DNA from: a virus
Taxonomy: Duplodnaviria > Caudoviricetes
DNA: 58,822 nucleotides
Direction: 5' to 3' (one strand)
Virus record (IMG/VR): IMGVR_UViG_3300035210_000087
Coordinates: 1 to 58,822 of that record
This document shows, piece after piece, positions 9,879 to 19,026 of this stretch (its first letter is position 1; every line of letters starts with the position of its first letter). The translations under genes were made by a program, and so were the position numbers. The notes below the pieces were generated by a model. The model had not been told where the DNA came from, searched no databases, and saw only the letters and a program-made list of their open reading frames with translations.

Positions 9879-10447
9879 GACGGATTCTCCGGTGTGGTTC
9901 CGACCAGCGCGGAAAGAAACGTTGCGTGGTGGATTGCGAGCAATGAGCAGCAATCCATTCCGTTGACGATACGGCGGGCCTGCGTCGGGTTGTTTACCAG
10001 TGCGTTGAAGTATTGATCGAGACAATGACCAGTAAAGTCGCCGTCGCGCATGCCGTCGAGCAGGATTTGCGCTGCGTATTTCGGCTGCATGACCAGATCG
10101 GGATAATGAACAAAATCAACGTCGAGCTTCTTGGATTGGCGCTCGTAATTGTATTTCCACGTCAGTTGAACGAAGCCGCGCCCGTAGTAGACGTGCCCCG
10201 TGGTGGCGTCCCGCTCGCCGTAGGCCCGGCCGCTGCCGTGCCCCACCTCCTCGATCGGCATCATGGTGTGGTCGGTCTCGTGGTAGGTCGTCGCCAGGGC
10301 GTAGGCCAGCCACCGGATCGGCGCCCCGCCGTAGGCCGCGTCCCAGCGGTCCAGGATCGCGTCGGTGCCGTCGACCGTGCCTTGGGTCAAATGGCCGCGG
10401 AACAGGGTGCGGCGCATCTGGCCGAACAGGGTTTTCCGATCAATCAC
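9875..10447 (-). CDS. endolysin, glycoside hydrolase family 19
   Basis: LATTYHET..PIEE and YYGRGFVQLTWKYNY GH19 motifs. Confidence 0.92.
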   Translation of the reverse strand: MIDRKTLFGQMRRTLFRGHLTQGTVDGTDAILDRWDAAYGGAPIRWLAYALATTYHETDHTMMPIEEVGHGSGRAYGERDATTGHVYYGRGFVQLTWKYNYERQSKKLDVDFVHYPDLVMQPKYAAQILLDGMRDGDFTGHCLDQYFNALVNNPTQARRIVNGMDCCSLLAIHHATFLSALVGTTPENPS

Positions 10448-11192
10448 GGGCGCTACCCCCAGAAACCGCCGTAGAGGCCTCTACAGGCCCCTCCGGCTCT
10501 GGCGGCTCCACCCCACTGGAAAAGTCGCCAGGAGCCTCTGGCGCCCCTGCGTCGCTGCCAGGGGCCGGCAATGCCAGCCCCTCCAGCACCACGCCCAAAT
10601 ACTGCATCTTCGACCCTCGCCGCCCCACGGTCCGCCACTGCCGGATGACTGCGGCATTCATCCGTCTGGCTACCTCGCGGAGCGCGAGGTCAACGATCTG
10701 GTCCTGCCGGCGATGGGAGCCGAGCACCGTCCGCCGCAGGCCGGTCAGCGCCGCCAAGGCCGCGGAAAGGCTGCACATTTGCATCGCCAGGGCGTTGCCC
10801 TCGGTGATCGTCAGGCCAACCAGCTCGCCGGGAGAGACGCGCCGCCGGGCCGCGATGATGGTGGCCTGCGCCCACGGGCAGCCGTAGGCGTCGATGTCGA
10901 AGACGTTGTAATTGCTCAGATCAATGGCGCGCATGACGCGCTCGTTGGGCGCGGCAAAGGCCAGCCGGTCGGCCGGCCAGTAGGCCTTGAGGTCGCAGCC
11001 CGTGTAGTCGGCGGCCTCGCGCCAGATGGTCGCGTGCATCTTGCCCGCGCCGGCGAAGGCGTCGAACACCGCCGCCTGACCGGGGCCGATGGCTTCCAGC
11101 ACCAGCCGCCGGATTTGGACCTTGGCGGTCGCCGCGGAGCTCGCATTGTCGCGGCTCTCGGCCAGCGCGACCTCATGGCCCATGCGGCTCAT
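10440..11192 (-). CDS. SAM-dependent methyltransferase-fold protein (TcmP-like)
   Basis: VFDAFAGAG motif I and FDIDAYGCPW motif. Confidence 0.65.
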   Translation of the reverse strand: MSRMGHEVALAESRDNASSAATAKVQIRRLVLEAIGPGQAAVFDAFAGAGKMHATIWREAADYTGCDLKAYWPADRLAFAAPNERVMRAIDLSNYNVFDIDAYGCPWAQATIIAARRRVSPGELVGLTITEGNALAMQMCSLSAALAALTGLRRTVLGSHRRQDQIVDLALREVARRMNAAVIRQWRTVGRRGSKMQYLGVVLEGLALPAPGSDAGAPEAPGDFSSGVEPPEPEGPVEASTAVSGGSARD

Positions 11193-11542
11193 GGCGGGGG
11201 GAACCCCAGCACCCGCCGGGTTTCCTCGGCCACCGCGAGGTTCATCTCGACGCCCTCTGGCACCGCCCGATAGCCGGGAAACTTGGTCTGGTAGAGCTGG
11301 TCCAGGAGCCACGCCTCAACGCCCATCTGCGTCTGCACCTCGCTCTCGGTGACGATCCCCTTGGCGATCAGCACCCGCATCAGCGCCGAGAGCTCCACCC
11401 GCGTGACAAGCCGGCTTTCTTGCAGGTCGCGCATCGCGGGGACGCCAGGCGCGTGCCGCCCAATCTCGCCGAGGTGCCAGGCGGCCAGCACGCCGCGCCA
11501 CTTGCACAGCGTTTCGACGGCTTCGCGCCAAGGGGGCATCAC
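11189..11542 (-). CDS. hypothetical protein
   Basis: Coupled ORF in the operon. Confidence 0.7.
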   Translation of the reverse strand: MMPPWREAVETLCKWRGVLAAWHLGEIGRHAPGVPAMRDLQESRLVTRVELSALMRVLIAKGIVTESEVQTQMGVEAWLLDQLYQTKFPGYRAVPEGVEMNLAVAEETRRVLGFPPP

Positions 11543-12123
11543 GAGGGCACCCCCTCGCCGCGCATGGTGATCCCGACATCCGCCGTCACGTCGGGAAACT
11601 CGGCCAGCAGCACGCGGACCCGGTCGAGCACGAGCGCCTGCTTCGCCAGGGGGCCGGTGACCGAGATCCAGAAATCATCCTGCACCGGCCCGGTCGCGAC
11701 CTCGCGGATTTCCAGCGTCTCGCCCAGGCCGCCGAACAGCTTGGCCGCCTCGCCCTCGGTGAAGCCGGTGGCGAAGCGGTCCGCCGGCGCCACCTCGCGC
11801 AGCAGCTCGGCCACCATCTCGGCGTCGTCGGTGGACAGGTCGCCCAGCCGGTTGTCGCTGAGCATCACCCGGTCGGCGGTGGCCTGGTCAACGTCCCAGA
11901 TCACCGCCGAAATTTCGGTCCAGCCCAGCCGGGTCGCCGCCTGCACGATGCCGTGGCCGGCGATGATCTGCATGTTCAGCCGGCGGATCAGCACCGGCTT
12001 GTGCTGACCATCCGCCCGCAGGCTCGCCATGAGCCGGTTGATCTGGTCCTCGGAGTGCCGGCGGGGGTTGCGCGGGTTGGCGATCAGCCGGGAGATCGGC
12101 ACGGTTTCCAGGGTGGGTTTCAT
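11539..12123 (-). CDS. ParB/Srx N-terminal domain protein
   Basis: NPRNPRRH..SLRADGQHKPVLI..IIAGHG..DNRL. Confidence 0.85.
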   Translation of the reverse strand: MKPTLETVPISRLIANPRNPRRHSEDQINRLMASLRADGQHKPVLIRRLNMQIIAGHGIVQAATRLGWTEISAVIWDVDQATADRVMLSDNRLGDLSTDDAEMVAELLREVAPADRFATGFTEGEAAKLFGGLGETLEIREVATGPVQDDFWISVTGPLAKQALVLDRVRVLLAEFPDVTADVGITMRGEGVPS

Positions 12124-12398
12124 GCCGCCTGCGCCGCCAGCGCGATCCAGTCGCGGACCTTCTGGTGCGAGCCCCAGGCGTGCGGCGGCAGGTTGTGGTG
12201 CATCCACATGGCCAGCCGGGGCATCTGCTGGCGGAGGTGCTCGTCGGCCAGCACCATCGACCACGTCCAATCGTTCGCCAGGATGGCCGCCAGGGGGTGG
12301 GTCAGCGGCGGCGCCTCGCCGCGGAACAGGTAGGCCCCCATCATGGCGGCGAGCTCGGGGACCGGCATCCCGCCCCACTGGATGTTCTCCACACGCAT
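12120..12398 (-). CDS. hypothetical protein
   Basis: Coupled ORF; AAILAND..AD..WMHHNLPPHAWGS pattern. Confidence 0.7.
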   Translation of the reverse strand: MRVENIQWGGMPVPELAAMMGAYLFRGEAPPLTHPLAAILANDWTWSMVLADEHLRQQMPRLAMWMHHNLPPHAWGSHQKVRDWIALAAQAA

Positions 12399-12682
12399 CA
12401 GGCATGCCCAGCCGGCGGCTTGAGGTCGAGCCGGGCCGCCATCTCGATCCCCATGCTCAGCGTGACGGCGGTGACGTAGGCTCGCTGCGGGTTGCCGCCG
12501 GATACCGCCACGCACGCCCGGTAGGCTGTCTCACCCAGGCAGGCGAGCCATTCGCTGGCGTCGGTGCCGGCTGGGGTGGCGGCGCCGATCGCCCTCCAGA
12601 GCGCCTCCGCGAGCTTGTCGATCGGCTCGCCATCGGACTTTTTCGGCAGCGGCGGCAGGGGCAGTCCGATCACATCCGGCAT
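12398..12682 (-). CDS. hypothetical protein
   Basis: GGGAG RBS; TGATG coupling. Confidence 0.65.
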   Translation of the reverse strand: MPDVIGLPLPPLPKKSDGEPIDKLAEALWRAIGAATPAGTDASEWLACLGETAYRACVAVSGGNPQRAYVTAVTLSMGIEMAARLDLKPPAGHA

Positions 12683-12828
12683 GCTGAGCTCCCGATTGCT
12701 GCGGCGGCTAAAACGATCACGACCAGGAACAACGCGCCCAACGCCACCGCACTGCGGAGCAGGCGCGTCAGCATGCGTTCGGAGGCGCGGTCAGCGGCGT
12801 CGTACGGGTCTTCCGGAGGAAAGCTCAT
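12670..12828 (-). CDS. small membrane protein (52 aa)
   Basis: Read manually; ATGA coupling; AVALGALFLVVIVLAAAAI TM segment. Confidence 0.5.
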   Translation of the reverse strand: MSFPPEDPYDAADRASERMLTRLLRSAVALGALFLVVIVLAAAAIGSSACRM

Positions 12829-13562
12829 GGCGCGGGGGCTCCTTGCCGCATGGCTTGCAGGATCTCGGGCGTGAGGGCGCCGCCGCGGCGCTGCATGCCC
12901 GGACGCGAGGGGTCAGACCGGGCCGCCGGCGGGTTGGGCACGAGGTGGAGGTTCTCGGGCGCGTGCTTCTCGATGAGGCCGCGCAGGAGGGTCAGGCAGA
13001 CCGTGATGCTGCCGAGCGGCGGATCGCTGCCGTCGGGCATTGGCGCCAGGATGCCGCGGACGCTTTCGCCGACCTTCGCCGCGTCGCGCCAATCGGCCAC
13101 GACGGCGGCGGTATCGCCGCTGACCAGCAGCCAAGCGCCATGAGCGTGGTGTTTCAGCAGTCCGAGCATGTGATCGCGCCCCGACACGTTCCTCGGCCCG
13201 CCGGCATTGGCGAACCCTTCGGCCTCGTGCTTCTGGAAACGCTTCAGCCACAGCGCTTCCATGGCGGTGAGCTGCAGGCGGCGGTCGCCGGCGGGCGCTG
13301 GCAGGGCGCGGCGGGTGTCCTGCAGCTCGCGATACCAGGCCGAGAGCGCGGCCGTGAGCTCCGCAAACGAGGGGAAGAATTTGAACTGCGGGGCAAGGCT
13401 GGCGAGGCTGGCGGCACAGAAGGCGTCGGTGTGGTGCTCCAGCAGGCTGGCGTAGAGGGCGATCTTTTCCCTCATCGCCCGGTCATCGGCGCCAACGTGG
13501 GTCAACTGCGCGAGGTCGGCCAACCAGGCCGAGATGTGCCGGAGCCGGTCTTTGGGGGTCAT
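12825..13562 (-). CDS. putative helicase loader/replication partner (lambda P position)
   Basis: Follows the initiator gene; FKFFPSFAEL motif typical of G39P-like loader/inhibitor proteins. Confidence 0.55.
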   Translation of the reverse strand: MTPKDRLRHISAWLADLAQLTHVGADDRAMREKIALYASLLEHHTDAFCAASLASLAPQFKFFPSFAELTAALSAWYRELQDTRRALPAPAGDRRLQLTAMEALWLKRFQKHEAEGFANAGGPRNVSGRDHMLGLLKHHAHGAWLLVSGDTAAVVADWRDAAKVGESVRGILAPMPDGSDPPLGSITVCLTLLRGLIEKHAPENLHLVPNPPAARSDPSRPGMQRRGGALTPEILQAMRQGAPAP

Positions 13563-14380
13563 TGGAGCATCCTTGGGGCGTGGTCGGTGGCGGCCGTGCT
13601 CTCGCCCTCGTCGTCGTCATCGAGGTGCATCGCCGCATCGCCGTAGCTGGGGAGCCCCCAATCCTCCCGGATCCGCGAGATGACGTTGCCGCGGGCGTTG
13701 GAGCGCTTGCGGCGCTGGCACGCGCTGACAAGCCAGCCCTCCGGGTCGATAGGTTTAGTTTCCTCGGCGTCGATCAGAATGGCCATGAGGCGGGCGCAGT
13801 CGTCGCCGAGCATCTTGAGCAGTCGGCCGAGCAGCCCCCTCGCCTTGCGGGGAGGCAGGCCGGTCAGGGCTTGGACGATCGGCGTCCCGTCCTGCCAAAG
13901 CTGAAGTCTGACCCCCCCTTTCACGACCCCATCGGGCGCACTCCGCGCCACACCGTTAGGTGTGATTCTTCTACTGGAGAGTCCTTGGAGAGTTGGGGTG
14001 ACACTGGTGTCACCCTTTACGGTCGTATTTGTCACCCTTTCTCCCGGCAAAGGGTGACAGCGTGTCACCTTTTCCGGCGTAGCTTTCGTTGCGGCCTCGC
14101 GTGCCATCAGAAGTTGGTATTCGGACGAATGGCCGCGTCCGGTTCCTCGCTCAACTGCAATGAACCCAGCCGTCTCAAGATCGAATATCGCGCGCTGAAC
14201 CGACCGCTTCGAGGTCCTAAGCTCGCGCGCCAGCCGGGCCAGTGTTGGGAAACACTTCCCATTGTGGTCGGCGTATTTGGCGAGGATGACCAGCAGCAGC
14301 CGGGTGAAAGTGGTCAGACCCTCGTCGGTCAGGTTCAGCGCCCAGAGCAACGGCGCCCAGCCATTGACGCGGCCCGTCAT
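13559..14380 (-). CDS. phage replication initiator, winged HTH (lambda O analogue)
   Basis: LLLVILAKYADHNGKCFPTLARLARELRTSKRSVQRAIFDLETAGFI; internal iterons. Confidence 0.85.
   Translation of the reverse strand: MTGRVNGWAPLLWALNLTDEGLTTFTRLLLVILAKYADHNGKCFPTLARLARELRTSKRSVQRAIFDLETAGFIAVERGTGRGHSSEYQLLMAREAATKATPEKVTRCHPLPGERVTNTTVKGDTSVTPTLQGLSSRRITPNGVARSAPDGVVKGGVRLQLWQDGTPIVQALTGLPPRKARGLLGRLLKMLGDDCARLMAILIDAEETKPIDPEGWLVSACQRRKRSNARGNVISRIREDWGLPSYGDAAMHLDDDDEGESTAATDHAPRMLQ
13996..14073. promoter_or_regulatory. putative replication origin iterons inside the initiator gene
   Basis: GGGTGACAC-tg-GTGTCACCC palindrome (13996-14015), TGTCACCCTTT (14030-14040), AAAGGGTGACA-gcg-TGTCACCTTTT (14049-14073). 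Confidence 0.75.
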
Positions 14381-14655
14381 GGCCCACCGAGCGCGGCGCA
14401 GGCCACGAACGAGAGCACGAGGGCGGCGGGCGAACGGTCCTCGCGGTGGAGGACCTGAACCGCGCAATCGCGTCGGCCACTGGCGACCAGCGCGCGGCAG
14501 ATCGACACCAGGGGCGCGGGGCCGACGTGGCTTAGCCGGCCGCAGGTGATCCGGTCGCCGTGCAGCAAGGCCACGACCGACCGGATGGGGGAGGCCAGCG
14601 GGACGGTCCCACTGTGGCGGTTGACCCGCCCGGCCAGAAATGTTCCGGGGGTCAT
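14377..14655 (-). CDS. hypothetical protein
   Basis: ATGA coupling on both sides. Confidence 0.6.
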   Translation of the reverse strand: MTPGTFLAGRVNRHSGTVPLASPIRSVVALLHGDRITCGRLSHVGPAPLVSICRALVASGRRDCAVQVLHREDRSPAALVLSFVACAALGGP

Positions 14656-15152
14656 GCAGCTCGGACACGCCGCCCCCGCAGCAGCAGGCAGCCGTAGATC
14701 CAGGTGACCCGGGCGTCCGCTTCGTCATCGCCCAGCCCCGCCCAGCCTTGCCGGGCGCACCATGCGATGACGTGGTCCTTGGCGGTGCCCTTTGGAAATC
14801 GGCCTCTCCCCATGACGCGAGCCCGGATGGTCGTCGAGCTCTCGTCGGCAAACGGAATGCGAAGGCGGAAACAGGTGCTTTCGGCGTGGTACGAGAGTCC
14901 CTGCAGCAGCGAGGCGCTGGTCTGCCTCTTCTCGAAAAGCGGGCGCTCGGCGATCACCCAGCCGGGCTGGTAGGCGGCGCACGCAGCCTCGAGCTCGGAC
15001 ACCAGGGCGCAGAAAGCGCGCCCCAAGTTGTCGAGGCCGGGCAGGTGCCAGACGCCGGATATCGGCTCCCGGTCGTTGATCCCGCCGTAACACCACCCGG
15101 ACGAACGGCTGAGATCGAGCGCCAGGACCCCGCCGGGGCCCGGACCACTCAC
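14652..15152 (-). CDS. RuvC-like Holliday junction resolvase
   Basis: VLALDLS..GW, VIAERP, DDEADA acidic catalytic motifs. Confidence 0.85.
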   Translation of the reverse strand: MSGPGPGGVLALDLSRSSGWCYGGINDREPISGVWHLPGLDNLGRAFCALVSELEAACAAYQPGWVIAERPLFEKRQTSASLLQGLSYHAESTCFRLRIPFADESSTTIRARVMGRGRFPKGTAKDHVIAWCARQGWAGLGDDEADARVTWIYGCLLLRGRRVRAA

Positions 15153-15676
15153 ATGGGGAGTCCGGCATCTCCGCTCGCCGCCTTGCGTCCGCGCTTCTTC
15201 GGCGGTGCCGCCATCTCTTTCGCGATCTTCGCCTGTCCGCGGCGATAGCCGGTGTCCCAGGCGCCGTAGATTTCGGTGCCGGCCGTGTGCGGATTTTCGT
15301 CACGGTCGCCGCCGCGCAGCCCGACCTTGTAGCCGGCGCCGTCAGCTTCCCAGGCGTTGTGCGTGGCGGCTGCGTCTTCGGAAACTTCCACTGAGGTAAA
15401 GAGCTCGGCCTGGACGACCGGGATGTTGAGCAGCGCCAAAATGCGGATGCGATCGCGCATGTCGCCGCGCAGGCGATCGGGGTCGCGGCTGCGATCCTTC
15501 AGGCTGACGGCCAGCATCTTGCTGTTGCAGCCATCGCTTTTCGCCGCCTTGAGCCGGCCCTTGTACTCGGCCTGGGCCTCCTTCATCGCTTCGAGCGCGT
15601 CGGAGCACGCCCGGATGTGATGTTGGTAGGTTTCGTCAGTTACGTTCGAGAGCGCGGCGGCGAGGCTTTTGGCCAT
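15149..15676 (-). CDS. GapR-like N-terminus plus RMF-like C-terminal motif protein
   Basis: YKGRLKAAKSDGCNSKML (GapR/DUF2312-like) and GYKVGLRG..NPH..WDTGYRRGQ (RMF-like). Confidence 0.55.
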   Translation of the reverse strand: MAKSLAAALSNVTDETYQHHIRACSDALEAMKEAQAEYKGRLKAAKSDGCNSKMLAVSLKDRSRDPDRLRGDMRDRIRILALLNIPVVQAELFTSVEVSEDAAATHNAWEADGAGYKVGLRGGDRDENPHTAGTEIYGAWDTGYRRGQAKIAKEMAAPPKKRGRKAASGDAGLPM

Positions 15677-15917
15677 TGGGGACTCCGACAACAATCTGAG
15701 TGGAGTGCGGCACCGAACGCAGGATCGCCTCGACGGTGAGATCCAACTTGCACTTCGCGGCCAGCCCCGAGAGTTGGAGCGCCCGACCCGGCGGGATTCC
15801 ATCCAGTCGCCACGAGCTGACCGTCGAAGGGGCTGTGCCAAGCGCCTGCGCAAGCGCCGACGTTCCGCCAAACAGGTCCACGATCGAATTGACTGTCATC
15901 TCGGAAGTTTTGGCCAT
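15636..15917 (-). CDS. Cro-like transcriptional regulator
   Basis: IVDLFGGTSALAQALGTAPSTVSSWRLDGIP; first gene of the leftward operon. Confidence 0.85.
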   Translation of the reverse strand: MAKTSEMTVNSIVDLFGGTSALAQALGTAPSTVSSWRLDGIPPGRALQLSGLAAKCKLDLTVEAILRSVPHSTQIVVGVPNGQKPRRRALERN

Positions 15918-16077
15918 TTACCCGTTCACTTCGGTCGCCGGCACGAGGACACTTTCTAGCTGCGGAAATCCCTTCACATCAAGCGAAAGTGAAGATTATT
16001 ACATTTCAAATTACGGGTAAGGCGAAATGGGGCCGTTTCCAGAACGTTGCATGCCGCTTGTCATGTTGCCCGGCAGA

Positions 16078-16108
16078 TTGACTTCGGGCAGGCGGAAATC
16101 AACTATTG
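16078..16108 (+). promoter_or_regulatory. putative sigma70 promoter with overlapping operator in the divergent control region
   Basis: TTGACT -35, ~17 nt, AACTAT; inverted repeat TTGACTTC-N9-GAAATCAA. Confidence 0.5.
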
Positions 16109-16160
16109 AAACTCGTCTCCGAGAGGGCTTCATTCCGGTCAACATTGAAGGCGCCGGGAG

Positions 16161-16409
16161 ATGGCACAAGACGTTGTTGAGCTGCGTTTGGAGACCCCAG
16201 ACGGCCTGATCGTCTATCTCCTTGTCGACCGGCAGCGCGGTTTGCCGCCACGCAGCGATCCCCCGGACCCCGGACAGGCCCGCGAAGCCGAGTTGATCCG
16301 GGTTTACTGCGAGGACGGGAAATTGCCGGACCGGGAAACGTCGCGCTGGGCCGAGGGGTGGTTCGGCGAGAATTCGGACGCCGCCTTCGATGGCGCGGAA
16401 GTTCGATGA
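16161..16409 (+). CDS. hypothetical protein
   Basis: First ORF of the rightward operon, coupled to the next gene. Confidence 0.65.
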   Translation: MAQDVVELRLETPDGLIVYLLVDRQRGLPPRSDPPDPGQAREAELIRVYCEDGKLPDRETSRWAEGWFGENSDAAFDGAEVR

Positions 16410-17359
16410 CCGGAACGTTGTTGGGCGCGGGCATCTATTTCGGCGTCCCTGCGGACGTCTATCACGCTGATCCGTGTCCAGAACCGTCCCTCTCTCATTC
16501 AATAGCCAGAACGATCGCTGGCCGCAGCGCAAAGCACGCGTGGCAAATTCATCCGCGCCTGAATGGCGAGTATCGGAGGAGCGCCCCAACCCAGGAGATG
16601 CAGGACGGGAGTTGCATACACGCATATGTACTCGGGGGACACGAAAACTTAATAGTCACGGTTGACGCCGAGGATTGGCGCACCAAGGCAGCCCAAGAAA
16701 TCCGCGACGCAGCGCTCGCCGAGGGGAAAATAGCCGTCCTGAAGAGGCGTATCCCTGGACTCCAGGCTGCCGGAGAAGCGGCTTGCAAGGCGTTGAAAGA
16801 ACACGAAGATAGCTCGGAAATATTCGCCTCAGCCGAAAAGGAGGCGACGGTTATTTGGCAGGAGGGCGGAATCTATTGCCGCAGCCGGGTCGACCTCCTG
16901 CCGAACGATCCGGCGGCCACGGTTTACGATTTCAAGTTCACCACCAAGAGCGCCGCGCCCGCCGATTACGAGAAAACGGTCTGGAGCACGCTGGCCACCC
17001 AGGCGGTGTTCTACAGCCGTGGGTTGGAGGCGGCCCGCCAGGTGAGGCCGCGCGGATTCAAGTTCGTGGCCTGCGAGATGTCGCCGCCGTACGGCGCCGC
17101 GGTGTTCGAGATCGGAAACGATCTGTGGGCGTATGCAGAGGACCAGATCGACACCGCCATGATCCAGTGGGCGACGGCAATCGAGAGCGGATCGTGGCGG
17201 AGCTACCCGCGCCGCACCGTCACCGTGGGCCTGCCGGGCTGGTTGGCGAACCGCTGGGAAAACGAGCAGACGCTCACCCAGATCGGCCGCCGCGCCTCGA
17301 TGGAGCGCGTCGAAGCCGTCGCCGGCGTCGCCAAACGGCTCGGGAAGCCGCTGTCATGA
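16406..17359 (+). CDS. RecE/exonuclease VIII-like PD-(D/E)XK nuclease
   Basis: YHADP..SLSHS, CRSRVDLL..YDFKFT, QAVFY motifs. Confidence 0.88.
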   Translation: MTGTLLGAGIYFGVPADVYHADPCPEPSLSHSIARTIAGRSAKHAWQIHPRLNGEYRRSAPTQEMQDGSCIHAYVLGGHENLIVTVDAEDWRTKAAQEIRDAALAEGKIAVLKRRIPGLQAAGEAACKALKEHEDSSEIFASAEKEATVIWQEGGIYCRSRVDLLPNDPAATVYDFKFTTKSAAPADYEKTVWSTLATQAVFYSRGLEAARQVRPRGFKFVACEMSPPYGAAVFEIGNDLWAYAEDQIDTAMIQWATAIESGSWRSYPRRTVTVGLPGWLANRWENEQTLTQIGRRASMERVEAVAGVAKRLGKPLS

Positions 17360-17532
17360 GCGCGAAGTATGGGGACACGCCGGAAGCCACCAAGGCCGAG
17401 ATCGCCGACCTGAAGCGGCTGCTGGCCGTAGCTCGGCTGGAGCGGGATTTGCTCGACGCGCAGGTCCGCTCCGCCATGAAGCAAATTGCGCTCATGCGGC
17501 GCGCGGCGGCGCGAAAGCACGCAGCCACATGA
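17356..17532 (+). CDS. small coiled-coil protein
   Basis: ATGA coupling on both sides. Confidence 0.6.
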   Translation: MSAKYGDTPEATKAEIADLKRLLAVARLERDLLDAQVRSAMKQIALMRRAAARKHAAT

Positions 17533-18539
17533 CGATCACCTGGGAGCCGGCCCGGCGCGATGGATTTGGCTGCTTTATCGCGTTGGCTGGGGCTTCGCGC
17601 TCCGGCAAGACCTTCAGCGCCTTGGAGCTCGCGACTGGCATTGCCGGGCCGCGCGGCAAGATCGCCTGCGTCGACACCGAAGCCGGTAGAATGAGCCATT
17701 ATGCCACCAGTTTCGCGTTCAGCCGCGCCAACCTGAGACCTCCGTTCTCGCCTGACCGTTTCGCCGAACATGCGTTATCCGCAGAGCAGGCCGGCTTCGC
17801 CGTCCTCGTCATCGACAGCTTCTCGCTCGAATGGGCTGGCGAGGGCGGTGTGCTCGACTGGCACGAACGTGAGCTGCAGAGGTTGGCCCCGAGCGGCAAT
17901 GAGGCCGAGCGCAAGAAGAAAAGCCGCACCGCCTGGATCAAACCCAAGGCGGCGCACAAAGCGATGATGAACAGCCTGCTGCAGCGGAAGATACCGATCA
18001 TCTTTTGCTTGAGGGCCGAAGAAAAATTCGACGACAACTTCCGCCCGTTGGGATGGATACCGCAGCAGGACAAGAGATTTATTTTCGAGTGGACCGTGTC
18101 GCTGACGCTTTCGCCGGCCCGCCCCGGTGAGCCCGATTACGACTTGCCGCACAAGTTGCAGGATCAGCACCGCCCGCTGTTCCCCGAGGGGAAGAAACTC
18201 ACGGCCAGCGCAGGCGCCGCGCTGTGGGCCTGGGCCTGCGGGGATCTGCCGCCGCCAGCGCCCTCCACCGAAGCTGACGAGGCGACACCGCGCCAGGTGC
18301 AGGCCAACGCAGAGGACCGCGCCGTGTTGTTCGTCGCCGAACTCAAGGACGCGATTGCCAAGGCCGGGACCAGGCCGGCGCTCAACGCCCTGCTCGACCA
18401 GAAAGCCGTGCGCGCCCGGCTCGACCGGCTGGTTGAGGCGCACCCGGACAAGCACCGCGAGGTCATGGCTGCCGTGCAAACCCGCGTCGCTGACATCGCC
18501 GCGGCCGAGATGGGCCAGGAGGAGGAAGCGCCGGCATGA
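17529..18539 (+). CDS. AAA ATPase, Sak4-like recombination protein
   Basis: Walker A GASRSGKT, VDTE, Walker B VLVIDS, EWAGEGG; adjacent to the RecE-like gene. Confidence 0.85.
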   Translation: MTITWEPARRDGFGCFIALAGASRSGKTFSALELATGIAGPRGKIACVDTEAGRMSHYATSFAFSRANLRPPFSPDRFAEHALSAEQAGFAVLVIDSFSLEWAGEGGVLDWHERELQRLAPSGNEAERKKKSRTAWIKPKAAHKAMMNSLLQRKIPIIFCLRAEEKFDDNFRPLGWIPQQDKRFIFEWTVSLTLSPARPGEPDYDLPHKLQDQHRPLFPEGKKLTASAGAALWAWACGDLPPPAPSTEADEATPRQVQANAEDRAVLFVAELKDAIAKAGTRPALNALLDQKAVRARLDRLVEAHPDKHREVMAAVQTRVADIAAAEMGQEEEAPA

Positions 18540-18985
18540 TCGACCTGCTGAACTATACCCGGCTGCGGGAGGACCTGGAGGCGGCGGCCACGCTGGCTGA
18601 CATCCAGGCTGTCCGCGAACGGGCGCGCGTGCTGGCGGCCAACGCTGCCGAACGGCCTGATCGCGCTTCGTGGCGCGATCTGTTCGTCCGCGCCTCATTC
18701 CGGATGGGCGAGATCAGCAACGATCTGCCGAAGGCGCACAGGTTCCACACATCGCGCGCGGGCGACAAGCCGAAGGCCCTTCAGCTCATCGAGGCCAAGG
18801 TCAGCGCAATCACGATCTCCGAATTGGAGCGGCTGGCTGGCCGCACCCCGGCGCGGCGGGCGGCAGCCAAGGCCGTGATGGAGGCCTATCTCGCGGAGGC
18901 CAGGAGGACCGCGGTCATCCCGACGGTATCGAAGCTGCGGCTTGCAGTGGAAAATTCGGCGCTAACGAAAACCCATATACCGTGA
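18536..18985 (+). CDS. hypothetical protein
   Basis: Coupled ORF with GGAGGA RBS. Confidence 0.65.
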   Translation: MIDLLNYTRLREDLEAAATLADIQAVRERARVLAANAAERPDRASWRDLFVRASFRMGEISNDLPKAHRFHTSRAGDKPKALQLIEAKVSAITISELERLAGRTPARRAAAKAVMEAYLAEARRTAVIPTVSKLRLAVENSALTKTHIP

Positions 18986-19026
18986 CATAAGCACTGCGGC
19001 GGAAATTCCGCCGTAGGAGCCACCCG

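Noticed and set aside
8646-10016. 456-aa plus-strand ORF
   Set aside because: Arg/Gly-rich shadow of several well-supported minus-strand genes.
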